From an uncultured Acidobacteriota bacterium (GTDB lineage: Bacteria > Acidobacteriota > UBA6911): 64,000 nt of DNA. A model generated the notes under the pieces. The model did not search any database, was not told the origin of the DNA, and saw nothing but the letters and a program-made list of their open reading frames with translations. Positions 33,318-42,990 of the stretch are shown piece by piece. The stretch is taken from NCBI GenBank assembly GCA_963843575.1, contig CAWJKZ010000012.1, forward strand, positions 160,001-224,000, read 5' to 3'. The position numbers and the translations under genes were made by a program. The first letter of the stretch is position 1, and the number at the start of each line of letters is the position of its first letter.

Positions 33318-34680
33318 ATGCAGTCTTCCCAGGAGCACGCCGTCATCTCGAAAGTGTCGTGGCGGCTGATCCCGTTTCTCTTCCTCTGCTACATCATCGC
33401 CTACATCGACCGCATCAACGTGGGGTTCGCGGGGCTTCAGCTGCAGAAGGCGTTCGGCGTCGACGCGGCCCGCTACTACGAGATCTACGGGCTGGGGCGC
33501 GGGGATGTTCTTCCTCGGCTACTTCATCTTCGAGGTGCCCAGCAACCTCATCCTGCACCGGGTCGGCGCGCGGATCTGGATCGCGCGCATCATGATCGTC
33601 TGGGGGCTGATCTCCTCGGCGATGATGTTTGTGAAGAGCCCCGAGGGGTTCTACGCGATGCGCTTCCTCCTCGGGGTCGCGGAGGCCGGGTTCTTCCCCG
33701 GTGTGATCCTGTACCTGACCTTCTGGTTCCCGGCCAGGGAACGGGCGCGCACGGTCGCCCTGTTCGCCACCGCCGGCACGCTGGCGGGATTCTTCAACTC
33801 CCCGATCTCGGGCAAGCTTCTGCAGCTCGACGGGGTGTTTGGCTGGGCCGGCTGGCAGTGGCTTTTCCTGATCGAAGGCATCCCCGCGGTGCTGGTCGGC
33901 ATCGTCGTGTTCTTCGTGCTCCCCGACCACCCGGGCCAGGCACGGTGGCTGACGGCGTCCGACAAGGAGTGGATCCGCGCCGAGCTGGCGCGCGACGAGG
34001 CCGGCGCCGGTCCGGGCCAGCAGCACCGTCTGCGCGACGTCTTCACCAGCGGCCGGGTCTGGCTCCTGTGCGCGCTCTACTTCCTGCTCAACGTCGCGAC
34101 CTACGGCTTCGAAATGTGGCTCCCCCAGATCATCCGCGGGTCCTCCACCATGGGGAACGTCCGGGTGGGATTCCTGAACGCGATCCCCTATCTGGTCGCC
34201 ACCGTCTGCATGGTGCTCGCGGGCCGGCACTCGGACCGCACCGGGGAGCGCCGCTGGCACGTGGCCGCGGCGGCTTTCGCGGCGGCCGCCGGCTTCACCG
34301 CCAGCACCCTCACCGGCAACCCGATCCTGGGCCTGGCCGCGCTTGCCGTCGCCTTCGCCGGGATTAAAGCGGTGCTGGGCCCGTTCTGGGTCCTCGCCAC
34401 GGAGTTCCTGAGCGGGGCCGCCGCCGCCGGCGGCATCGCCTGGATCAACTCGGTGGGCAACCTCGGCGGCTTTGTCGGCCCCACGGTCGTGGGCCAGATA
34501 AAGAAGGCCACCGACAGCTACACCGGCGCTATGATAACCCTCGCCGGCGCGCTGGTACTCCTCGGCTTCCTGGCCCTCAGGCTGGGCAAGAGGACGACCG
34601 GCCCGCCGCGCGCCGGAGAGGATGAAACAGTGCGTCTCCCGGACCCAAACCCCATCCGCGACAAGGAGAGACTATCGTGA
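33318..34680 (+). CDS. MFS transporter, ACS family (TtuB/NicT-like; frameshift at about 33500)
   Basis: WRLIPFLF, AYIDRINVGFA, FEVPSNL, GVAEAGFFPG, GWQWLFLIEG, SDRTGERRWH. Confidence 0.92.
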
Positions 34681-35664
34681 CCTACGTGCCGGCGGAAGAC
34701 CGCTATGACCGGATGACATACAAGCGCTGCGGCCGCAGCGGCCTGAAGCTCCCCCTCATCTCCCTCGGCTTGTGGCATAACTGGGGCGGAGTCGAACCGC
34801 TCGAAAACGGCCGGGCGATGCTGCGCCGAGCCTTCGACCTCGGAATCACGCACTTCGATCTCGCCAACAATTACGGCCCGCCGTACGGCTCGGCGGAGGA
34901 GAGTTTCGGCCGGATTTTCCGGAAGGATTTCGCGCCGCTCCGGGACGAGCTCGTCATCTCCACCAAGGCCGGCTGGGACATGTGGCCCGGGCCGTACGGC
35001 GACTGGGGCTCGCGCAAATACCTGATCGCCAGCCTCGACCAGAGCCTCGAACGAATGGGGTTGGACTACGTCGACATCTTCTACCACCACCGGCCCGACC
35101 CGGAGACCCCGCTCGAGGAGACGATGGGAGCGCTCGATTTCGCCGTGCGCAGCGGCCGGGCCCTGTACGCAGGCATCTCGCAATACCCGCCGGAGCGCAC
35201 CCGGGAGGCAGCGCGCATCCTGCGCAACCTCGGCACCCCCTGCCTGATCCACCAGCCGCGCTACCACATGTTCGACCGCTGGATCGAAAACGGGCTGCTC
35301 GACGTGCTCGATCACGAGGGCATCGGCTGCATCGTGTTCTCGCCGCTGGCGCAGGGACTGCTTACCAACAAGTACCTCAAGGGCATTCCCGACGGATTCG
35401 CGCGCGGGCAAGCCATACGGCTACCTCGACGGCGAAGACGTCACCGAGGAGGCACTCTCGCGAATACGCCGGCTGAATGCGCTCGCGGAACGGCGCGGCC
35501 AGTCCCTCGCCCAGATGGCCGTCGCCTGGGTCCTGCGCCACCCGGGGGTGACCTCGGCCCTGATCGGCGCCAGCAGGGTCGGCCAGATCGAAGAGATCGT
35601 GGCGGTCCAGCAATCGGGCTTCACGGCCGAAGAGCTGGCGGAGATCGACAAGGCACTGTCCTGA
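34677..35664 (+). CDS. gpr: Aldo/keto reductase, L-glyceraldehyde-3-phosphate reductase (YghZ/Gpr) type (frameshift at about 35395)
   Basis: GRSGLKLPLISLGLWHN, HFDLANNYGPPYGSAE, STKAGWDMWPGPYGDWGSRKYL, FSPLAQGLLT. Confidence 0.88.
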
Positions 35665-35683
35665 GGACTCTTGCCATTGAGGG

Positions 35684-35735
35684 AATTTCACGGATTCACG
35701 GAGTGTAATCCGCGTTTTTCCGCGAAATCCGCGTC
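35684..35735. repeat. Short CGGAT / ATCCGCG inverted microrepeat cluster
   Basis: TTCACGGATTCACGGA..AATCCGCG..AATCCGCG; the same unit occurs inside family D elements. Confidence 0.45.
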
Positions 35736-35773
35736 CCATTTACTGCTCCACGTTCTGATTCTTCTGGGGGGTT

Positions 35774-37321
35774 ATGGAGATCTCGAGAAGGACCATGCTG
35801 GCGCTGCCGTTTCTGATCCGCGGCGCCGCCGCGGCCGCCGGAGCGCGCCCGAACATCCTGTTCATCATGACCGACGACCACGCCGCCCACGCGATGAGCT
35901 GCTACGGCAGCAAGGTGAACCGGACCCCTAACCTGGACCGGATCGCCCACGAGGGCGTGCGCTTCGACCGGTGCTTCGCGACCAACTCCATCTGCACCCC
36001 GAGCCGGGCCAGCATCCTGACCGGGAAATACAGCCACATGAACGGCGTCCCCGTCTTCAACCGGTTCGACGGCGCCCAGCCGACGGTCCAGAAGATGCTG
36101 CAGCAGGCCGGCTACTACACCGCCATGATCGGCAAATGGCACCTCGGGAGCGACCCGACCGGCTTCGACTACTGGAACATCCTGCCGGGCCAGGGGCGCT
36201 ACATCGATCCGATCCTGTACGACAAGGACGGTTCCCAGGTCTACCCCGGCTACGCCACGGACGTCATCACGGACCTGACCATCGAGGCCCTCAAAAACCG
36301 CCCGATGGACCGGCCGTTCTTCATGATGTCGCACCACAAGGCGCCGCACCGCGAGTGGACGCCCGACGAAAAGCACCGGCGCCTCTTCGCCGGCAGGCAG
36401 ATCCCCGAACCCTCCACCCTCTGGGACGACTATGCCGGCCGGACCGATGCGCTGCACGAGCAGCAGCAGTCCGTGTTCCGCGACCTGACCCGGCGCGACC
36501 TTAAGCTGGTCCCGCCGCCGAACCTCGCCGACAAGGAACGGAACGAGTGGCTGAGCGTCAAGCCGGTGGAGGTCGAGGTCGAAGTGAACGGCGCCAGGAA
36601 GACGCTCACCGGACGCGACCTCGACAGGTGGAAATACGAGCGCTACATGCAGGACTACCTCGCCTGCGTCCAGAGCGTCGACGACAACGTCGGCCGCCTG
36701 CTCGACTGGCTCGACGCCAACGGCCTCGCCCGCGACACCGTCGTGATCTACACGAGCGACCAGGGATTCTTTCTCGGCGACCACGGCCTGTACGACAAGC
36801 GCTTCATGTACGAACCATCTCTCCGGATGCCGTTCCTGGTGCGCTGGCCCGAGGCGATCAAGCCCGGGAGTTCGACCGGAGCCATGGCGATCAACTGCGA
36901 TTTCGCCCCGACTTTCCTCGAACTGGCGGGGGCTGGCGTCCCGGCCGACATGCAGGGGCGCAGCCTGCTGCCGCTGCTCGAGGGGCGTCGCCCCGCCGAT
37001 TGGCGCACCGCGATGTACTACCGCTACTACCACGACCCGGGCGACCACAACACCCGGGCGCACTACGGCATCCGCACCGAAACCCACAAGCTCGTCTATT
37101 TCTGGAAAAAGGACCAGTGGGAGTGCTACGACCTGGTCGCCGACCCGGATGAGATGCACAACATCTACAACGATCCGGGCGCGCAGGCGCTCGTCGCCGG
37201 CCTGAAGCAGAGGCTCTGGCAACTCAAGAAGGAACTCAAGGACGACGACCGCTTCGCCGACACGCAGCCCACCGCGTCGTCCTATGTCGAGCCGCCCCCG
37301 CGCAGGAAGCCCAAGCCGTGA
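35774..37321 (+). CDS. Formylglycine-dependent sulfatase (family S1), probable carbohydrate sulfatase
   Basis: PNILFIMTDDH, CTPSRASILTG, IGKWHL, HKAPH, SDQG..HGLYDKR; twin-Arg leader. Confidence 0.95.
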   Translation: MEISRRTMLALPFLIRGAAAAAGARPNILFIMTDDHAAHAMSCYGSKVNRTPNLDRIAHEGVRFDRCFATNSICTPSRASILTGKYSHMNGVPVFNRFDGAQPTVQKMLQQAGYYTAMIGKWHLGSDPTGFDYWNILPGQGRYIDPILYDKDGSQVYPGYATDVITDLTIEALKNRPMDRPFFMMSHHKAPHREWTPDEKHRRLFAGRQIPEPSTLWDDYAGRTDALHEQQQSVFRDLTRRDLKLVPPPNLADKERNEWLSVKPVEVEVEVNGARKTLTGRDLDRWKYERYMQDYLACVQSVDDNVGRLLDWLDANGLARDTVVIYTSDQGFFLGDHGLYDKRFMYEPSLRMPFLVRWPEAIKPGSSTGAMAINCDFAPTFLELAGAGVPADMQGRSLLPLLEGRRPADWRTAMYYRYYHDPGDHNTRAHYGIRTETHKLVYFWKKDQWECYDLVADPDEMHNIYNDPGAQALVAGLKQRLWQLKKELKDDDRFADTQPTASSYVEPPPRRKPKP

Positions 37322-37357
37322 CTGCAAGCCACAGCCCAAGTGGTCCGGGCGAGGAAA

Positions 37358-37465
37358 CAAGTGGGTCCGGGCTTCAGCCCGGACGTCTTTAAATCCGTTC
37401 CATAGAGTTCCACCTGCCCTGCATAGCGACCGTAAACGGCGTCCGGGCTGATGCCCGGACCCACT
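37358..37465. repeat. REPIN-like doublet, family A
   Basis: Spacer is nearly identical to the reverse complement of the 1791-1847 spacer. Confidence 0.9.
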
Positions 37466-37553
37466 CCAGAGGGCGTCGGCAGCTGCACCGGTACCCCGGC
37501 CGCCGCGACCATCCTCCTCTGGAGTGCGGCGCCTCGGCGCCACACTCTGCAGG

Positions 37554-38579
37554 TCACGCCGCGCACTCGGCGACAAACGCTTCGATGTTCTCGGTCGACA
37601 CGCCCGGCGGCATCCCTCCGGCACACGAGAGAATCAGCCGCGACCCGTCCGGATTGGCCGCCCGCAGCACGCGGATCGCGTCGCGCACCTGCGCGGGGGT
37701 CCCGCGGGCCAGGACGTCGCGCGGCGGGACGGTCCCGAGAATCGTCAGGACGTTGCCCGAGAGCGCGCGCAACTCCGCCAGGGGGGTCTGTACCCCCGGG
37801 TTGAACAGGTTGATCCCGATGCCGGCGTAGTGCGCGACAGAGGCGGCGCAGGGCGCGTCATTGTGAAAGAACTTCACCGCGACGTCGGCCGCGTACAGCT
37901 CGCTCAGGTAGGGCAGCGCGAACTCGACGAAATCCGCCGGGCCGACGAATCCAACGATGTCGTCGAGCATCATGATCCCGTCAATACTCGGGAAAAGCGA
38001 GCGCTGCAGCTCGTGCCAGCGCTTCAGGAAATCGGTAATGACGCGCAGCAGCTTGTGGGCCGCCCCGGGGGCGGTCCTGAGCGCCATCAGGAACTCGGTC
38101 GTCCCCATCAGGAACGACGCGATGTTCAAGGGGCCCCGTGAAACGGAGAAGCGGATGCGGTGGCCGAGGTCCTCGATGCGCGGACGCGCCCACTTCAGCC
38201 TGCGGACTACGAAGGGGAGCAGCCCGTCCGAGGCGGGCTCCGGGACGCGCAACCCGTCGATCTCGTCCGCGCCGCCAAGCACCTTCTCGGCAAACGGGAA
38301 TTCGTCGGGCGGGAAAATGCAGCGCGCGCCGAAGGCGGACGGCTCGGTGCACATGCCGAACTCGGCCCAGAACCCCGGGAGAAACCAAGCCTGCGGGAAG
38401 GCCTCGACCGCGCGGCGGTTGGCCTCAAACCAGATCGTCTCGCTCGCGAGGTAGTCGGCGATTTCGACGCCGTGCCAGCCCGGCAGCCAGGGACAATCGA
38501 TGATAAACCCGCACGGGGGCGGGTGCCGGGTGGCCCCCTCGAGCACCGCGATCAGATTGCGCCACTGCTCGTCCGTCAT
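37554..38579 (-). CDS. Uroporphyrinogen decarboxylase-family protein
   Basis: RGPLNIASFLMG..EFL, DFVEFALPYL, FFHND, LGTVPPRDVL..GTP, ILSCAGGMPPG..ENI. Confidence 0.8.
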   Translation of the reverse strand: MTDEQWRNLIAVLEGATRHPPPCGFIIDCPWLPGWHGVEIADYLASETIWFEANRRAVEAFPQAWFLPGFWAEFGMCTEPSAFGARCIFPPDEFPFAEKVLGGADEIDGLRVPEPASDGLLPFVVRRLKWARPRIEDLGHRIRFSVSRGPLNIASFLMGTTEFLMALRTAPGAAHKLLRVITDFLKRWHELQRSLFPSIDGIMMLDDIVGFVGPADFVEFALPYLSELYAADVAVKFFHNDAPCAASVAHYAGIGINLFNPGVQTPLAELRALSGNVLTILGTVPPRDVLARGTPAQVRDAIRVLRAANPDGSRLILSCAGGMPPGVSTENIEAFVAECAA

Positions 38580-40105
38580 GCGTTCCTGTGCGCGTCGCGT
38601 ACCGACTTACTCAACATGAGATTGCCGAGCACGATGGTTGCGGCCGCCCCTGCGACGGCGCCCCATGCCATGCACTCCAGGAGCATGCCGCCGGTCTGCC
38701 TGGTCACCAGGCCGAAGGACCAGCCGAAGAAGGTGCCCAGGAACAGCCCGACAAAGCCGAAACCGAGAAAGGAACCGGGGGTAAATGGCCGCGGGGTCAG
38801 CAACTCGTCCTCGCTCACCGGCTGGAGCCTCGGCGCCAGCACGTGCATGATCCCAAGGGCGATCAGGTACGCGGGCCCCACAGCGAAGAAGATCGACATG
38901 TAGTTGCCGCCGGTCGTCTCCAGGACATAGCCGGTCGCAACCGCCATGGTCGAACCCCCGATCGCGCCCGCCATGCCGCCCACCCCCACGATCGAGCCCA
39001 CGGCGCGCCTCGGGAACATGTCGCTGGCCGTCGTGAAGATGTTCGCCGACCAGCCCTGGTGCGCCGCCGCCGCTAGCCCGAACAGCCCGACCGCGATCCA
39101 GAGGGTGTCCACGTAAGGCATCAGCATGATCGGCAGAACCGACAGCGCGCAGATGAGCATCGCCGTCTTGCGCGCGCGGTTGACCGTCCAGCCGCGCTTC
39201 ATGAAGCCGGACGAAAGCCATCCTCCGCCGACGCTCCCGATGTCCGCGATGAGGTAGATGGCGATCAGGGGCACTCCGACCGACGACAGGTCGAGGCCAT
39301 GCTTCTGCCTGAGGAAGTTGGGAATCCAGTAGAGATAAAACCACCAGGCCGGGTCGGTCATGTACTTGCCGATGGCGAACGCGGTCGTCTGGCGGTGGGG
39401 CATCAGCTGCACCCAGGGGATTTTCTCGGCCGGCGGATCCGGAGGATCGCTCTGGATATAGGCGAGCTCGCGTTTCGACACCCGGGCGTGCCGCTCCGGC
39501 CTGTTGTAGAGCGGCAGCCAGAACGCCAGCCACAGCAGCCCCAGGGCGCCAGTGAGAATGAAAGCCCACTGCCACCCCATGTGCACCGCGATCCACGGCA
39601 CCACCAGAGGCGCCACGATGGCGCCCACGTTCGTCCCCGCGTTGAACAGACCCGTGGCGAACGCCCGCTCCCTTTTCGGGAACCACTCGGCCACCGTCTT
39701 GATGGCGGCGGGGAAGTTGGCGGACTCGCCCAGCCCGAGCGCCGCCCGGGCCATCCCGAAACCCAGCGGCGTGCGTGCGAGTGCCGTCGCCATTCCGGCG
39801 GCGCTCCACACGATCAGGGCCAGCGCGTAACCGAGTTTCGTCCCGAACCGGTCGATGAGGCTGCCGGAAACCAGCAGGCCGAGCGCGTAGGCAGCGTTGA
39901 AGGCCGCCACGATGTTGCCGTAATCGATCTCGTTCCAGCCGATGATCCCCTGGAGGTCCCGGGCCAGGATTCCGATCACCTGCCGGTCGACGTAGTTGAC
40001 CGTCGTGGCGAAAAATAGAAGTGCGCAGATCACCCAGCGGTAGTAGCCGGTCCGCCTCGCGGCAACTTCGCCAGGGGCGTCCGGAGTCAGTTTGGGCTGC
40101 TCCAC
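38576..40105 (-). CDS. MFS transporter, ExuT-like hexuronate transporter
   Basis: YRWVICALLFFATTVNYVDRQ, ESANFPAAIKTVAEWFPKRER, TDPAWWFYLYW, AHQGWSAN. Confidence 0.92.
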   Translation of the reverse strand: MEQPKLTPDAPGEVAARRTGYYRWVICALLFFATTVNYVDRQVIGILARDLQGIIGWNEIDYGNIVAAFNAAYALGLLVSGSLIDRFGTKLGYALALIVWSAAGMATALARTPLGFGMARAALGLGESANFPAAIKTVAEWFPKRERAFATGLFNAGTNVGAIVAPLVVPWIAVHMGWQWAFILTGALGLLWLAFWLPLYNRPERHARVSKRELAYIQSDPPDPPAEKIPWVQLMPHRQTTAFAIGKYMTDPAWWFYLYWIPNFLRQKHGLDLSSVGVPLIAIYLIADIGSVGGGWLSSGFMKRGWTVNRARKTAMLICALSVLPIMLMPYVDTLWIAVGLFGLAAAAHQGWSANIFTTASDMFPRRAVGSIVGVGGMAGAIGGSTMAVATGYVLETTGGNYMSIFFAVGPAYLIALGIMHVLAPRLQPVSEDELLTPRPFTPGSFLGFGFVGLFLGTFFGWSFGLVTRQTGGMLLECMAWGAVAGAAATIVLGNLMLSKSVRDAHRNA

Positions 40106-40224
40106 GGGACCTCCTCGCATAAAATGGGGCCCCAGAATACAGAAGAAAGAAGCCGGAAGCCAGAACGACCGAAGCCCGGAGGCGTGACATGCACGACTCC
40201 TGAGCACCCGACCTGAACGCAAGA

Positions 40225-40325
40225 CAAGTGGGTCCGGGCTTCAGCCCTGACGGGTCGCTATATCGTGCGCCCGTTGCCCCATAGATCAGATCAAAAGACG
40301 TCCGGGCTGAAGCCCGGACCCACTT
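40225..40325. repeat. REPIN-like doublet, family A (short spacer)
   Basis: CAAGTGGGTCCGGGCTTCAGCCCTGAC ... GTCCGGGCTGAAGCCCGGACCCACTT. Confidence 0.88.
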
Positions 40326-40368
40326 TCCGTTTTTTCTGCTAGACTCGGATCAATCGAGGAGCGCGGCA

Positions 40369-41295
40369 ATGACAAGAGCGATGCTGGGCACTGTTCTGGG
40401 GGCGATCTTCTGCGTCACGGTTCAGGCGTGGGCTGCCGGGCCGATCCGGGTGATGCTGCTCGACGGGGAGCAGGGCGGGACGTACCACGCCTGGCAGCAG
40501 ACCTCGCCCTACCTGAAGAGGATGTTGGACGAAACGGGATTGTTCCAGGTCGACGTGGTGACCGCGCCGCCGGCCGGCAGCGATTTCAGCGCGTTCAAGC
40601 CGGAGTTCGGCCGGTACGCGGTGGTCGTTTCCAACTACGACGTGCCGGACGAGCGGTGGCCCGACGAGCTGAAGGCTTCCTTCGAGAAGTACATCGCGGA
40701 CGGCGGCGGGCTGGTCTCGGTTCATGCCTCCGATAACGCTTTCCCGAAATGGCGGGCGTACAACCTGATGATCGGGATCGGCGGCTGGCGCGGGCGCAAC
40801 GAGCAGGCGGGCCCCTTCTGGTACTACAAGGACGGGAAGCTGGTCTCGGACGCCTCGCCGGGAAACGCCGGGAGCCACGGTGCACGCCGCCCCTTCAAGA
40901 TCGTCAACCGCGTGCCGGACCACCCGGTCACCCGGGGCCTCCCGCGCGAGTGGATGCACGTCCCGGACGAACTGTACGCGAAACTGCGCGGTCCGGGCGA
41001 AAACATGACCGTGCTGTCCACCGCCTACTCGGACCCCGGCAACAGCGGCACGAGCCGGGACGAACCGATCCTGATGACGCTCAACTACGGCAAGGGGCGC
41101 ATCTTCCACACAACCCTCGGGCACGACATCGCCGCACTGAACTGCGTCGGCTTCATCGCCACGTATCAACGCGGCACGGAGTGGGCCGCCACGGGCAAGG
41201 TGACCCAGAAGGTACCGCCCGATTTCCCGACCGCGGACAAGGCCGTCACGCGCCCCGCCTACGACCCGCCCGCGGGCTGGGTCTCGCCGCGCTGA
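40369..41295 (+). CDS. ThuA-like (class I glutamine amidotransferase-like) secreted protein
   Basis: GGGLVSVHAS, HPVTRGLP..DELY, YGKGRIFHTTLGH, RGTEWAATG. Confidence 0.9.
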   Translation: MTRAMLGTVLGAIFCVTVQAWAAGPIRVMLLDGEQGGTYHAWQQTSPYLKRMLDETGLFQVDVVTAPPAGSDFSAFKPEFGRYAVVVSNYDVPDERWPDELKASFEKYIADGGGLVSVHASDNAFPKWRAYNLMIGIGGWRGRNEQAGPFWYYKDGKLVSDASPGNAGSHGARRPFKIVNRVPDHPVTRGLPREWMHVPDELYAKLRGPGENMTVLSTAYSDPGNSGTSRDEPILMTLNYGKGRIFHTTLGHDIAALNCVGFIATYQRGTEWAATGKVTQKVPPDFPTADKAVTRPAYDPPAGWVSPR

Positions 41296-41310
41296 CGTCG
41301 TTATTCGAGT

Positions 41311-41338
41311 GTGGGCCGCGTCGGCCCGACGCGGCCCC
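41311..41338 (+). repeat. REP-like hairpin, family E
   Basis: GTGGGCCGCGTCGGCCCGACGCGGCCCC; second copy inverted at 48486-48513. Confidence 0.7.
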
Positions 41339-41483
41339 GGCAGGTCTGCCCGCCGGCGGCCCTCGCCTGTATTCATCGCTTCACCCCACCCCCCCCCCGC
41401 CCACCATGCCTGCGGAAAAATTCGTTGTGTAATTTGAAAATAGGTTTATAACAGGTATAAGGTTTCCTATTTTATTCCGTCAG

Positions 41484-42854
41484 GTGCATGCCGCCACGAA
41501 ACTGGAGAAGGCAATGATCGTCCACGACAAACTGCCGGCCGGCGGCGGGCTCGCCCGCCCGGCCCGTCTGCTGACGGGCGCCGCATTATTCGTCTGCTGC
41601 GCCGCGGGCCTGCGCCTGCACTACCTCTCACCGGGCCCGGCCGCCGTCGCCCCCGCCGTGGTCTTCGCGGCCCTGGCCCTGATCGTCGCAGCCCAGGTCT
41701 GGCTCGCGCTGCGCTGGGACTCGCCGACCCTGGCCGGGCTCGCGGGCCTGCAGGCGCTGATCTGGAGCCTGCTGGCGGACACGACCGCCGCGGGCCTGCC
41801 TCTGCTCGCCGCGCTCTCGCTGGGCGCCGCGCTGCTGGCGCTGCGGCGCGACTGGTGGCCGCTCCTTGCGGTGACGGTGGTCGCCGTCTACGCGGGCCAC
41901 CTGCTGTGGCTCCTCAACAACCCGCTCGCGGGAAACTCGGTCGGCGCCATCCTGCCGGAGCGGTTCGCCCTCGCCTACCTCTTCGCCTGCGCAGCCGCCT
42001 TCTTCTGGCCGGCCCTGGCCCGCGACCCGAGGGCAGAGCCGTCCGTCCTCCTGGTGGTCCTGCTCAACTCGCTGAGCCTGTCGGTCCTGACGTCGCTGGC
42101 GGTTTTCGCCCTCTACGGAGGCCGCTCGCCCCGCGTCTATGCGCTGCTCGCCTCGTTCTTCCTGCTTGGCTCGGTGGTGCAGTGGTCCCGCACGCACCGC
42201 CAGCTCGAGCCGGCGCTCTACGCGTGTTCGGGCTACCTGGCCCTGACCCTGGCGATCTACGATTACCGCGGCACCTCGACGCTTTTTTTCTGGCTCGCCG
42301 TCCAGAGCCTCGTCGTCATCTCCATGGCGCTCTGGTTTCGTTCGAAGTTCCTGGTCGTGACCAACTGCGCCCTCTTTCTGTGCATCCTCGCGGCCTACAT
42401 GACGGGATTCCCGTCCTCGGCCGCAGTGACCTTGACCTTCGCCCTCGTGGCCCACTTGAGCGCGCGGCTGATGAACTGGCAGAAGAGCCGGCTGACGCTG
42501 CAGACGGAGGCGCTCCGGAATACCTACCTCGCCACGGGATTTATCCTGGTGCTCTACGCACTCGGGCACTGGCTGCCCGGCCCTTACGTCGCGCCGGGCT
42601 GGCTCGCCGCCGGGGCGGCCTACTTCGGCGTCGGCCTCGCGCTGGGGAACAGAAAGTACCGCTTCCTCGCCGCCGGGAGCGCGCTGGCGACGGCCGTCCG
42701 CCTCTGCGCCATCGACATGCCGCGGCTGCTGCCGGACCACCGCGGTGCGACGTGGATCTGCGCCGGCGCCGCCGCCCTGGTGCTGTCGGTGCTCTTCGCG
42801 CGATGGAGAGGCCGGAAGAGCGGGTCCCAGCGGTTGGACGCCGCCCGAAGTTGA
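41484..42854 (+). CDS. Multi-pass membrane protein (DUF2339-like)
   Basis: More than 12 hydrophobic segments; preceded by an AT-rich promoter-like stretch (TTGAAA-N16-TATAAG at 41434-41461). Confidence 0.65.
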   Translation: MHAATKLEKAMIVHDKLPAGGGLARPARLLTGAALFVCCAAGLRLHYLSPGPAAVAPAVVFAALALIVAAQVWLALRWDSPTLAGLAGLQALIWSLLADTTAAGLPLLAALSLGAALLALRRDWWPLLAVTVVAVYAGHLLWLLNNPLAGNSVGAILPERFALAYLFACAAAFFWPALARDPRAEPSVLLVVLLNSLSLSVLTSLAVFALYGGRSPRVYALLASFFLLGSVVQWSRTHRQLEPALYACSGYLALTLAIYDYRGTSTLFFWLAVQSLVVISMALWFRSKFLVVTNCALFLCILAAYMTGFPSSAAVTLTFALVAHLSARLMNWQKSRLTLQTEALRNTYLATGFILVLYALGHWLPGPYVAPGWLAAGAAYFGVGLALGNRKYRFLAAGSALATAVRLCAIDMPRLLPDHRGATWICAGAAALVLSVLFARWRGRKSGSQRLDAARS

Positions 42855-42856
42855 CA

Positions 42857-42966
42857 CAAGTGGGTCCGGGCTTCAGCCCGGACGTTTTTTGATCCGATCT
42901 ATGTGGCGACGGGCGCACGTTATGGCGACCGCAAACAGCGTGCGGGCTGAAGCCCGGACCCACTTG
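42857..42966. repeat. REPIN-like doublet, family A
   Basis: Inverted REPs between convergent genes; spacer homologous (inverted) to 33198-33253. Confidence 0.9.
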
Positions 42967-42990
42967 ACCGGCGGACGCATTCGGCGGTAA

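Noticed and set aside
41384-41403. Poly-C tract as a phase-variation or G-quadruplex site
   Set aside because: It lies upstream of the putative -35 rather than in the spacer or CDS, and homopolymer length is unreliable in this assembly.
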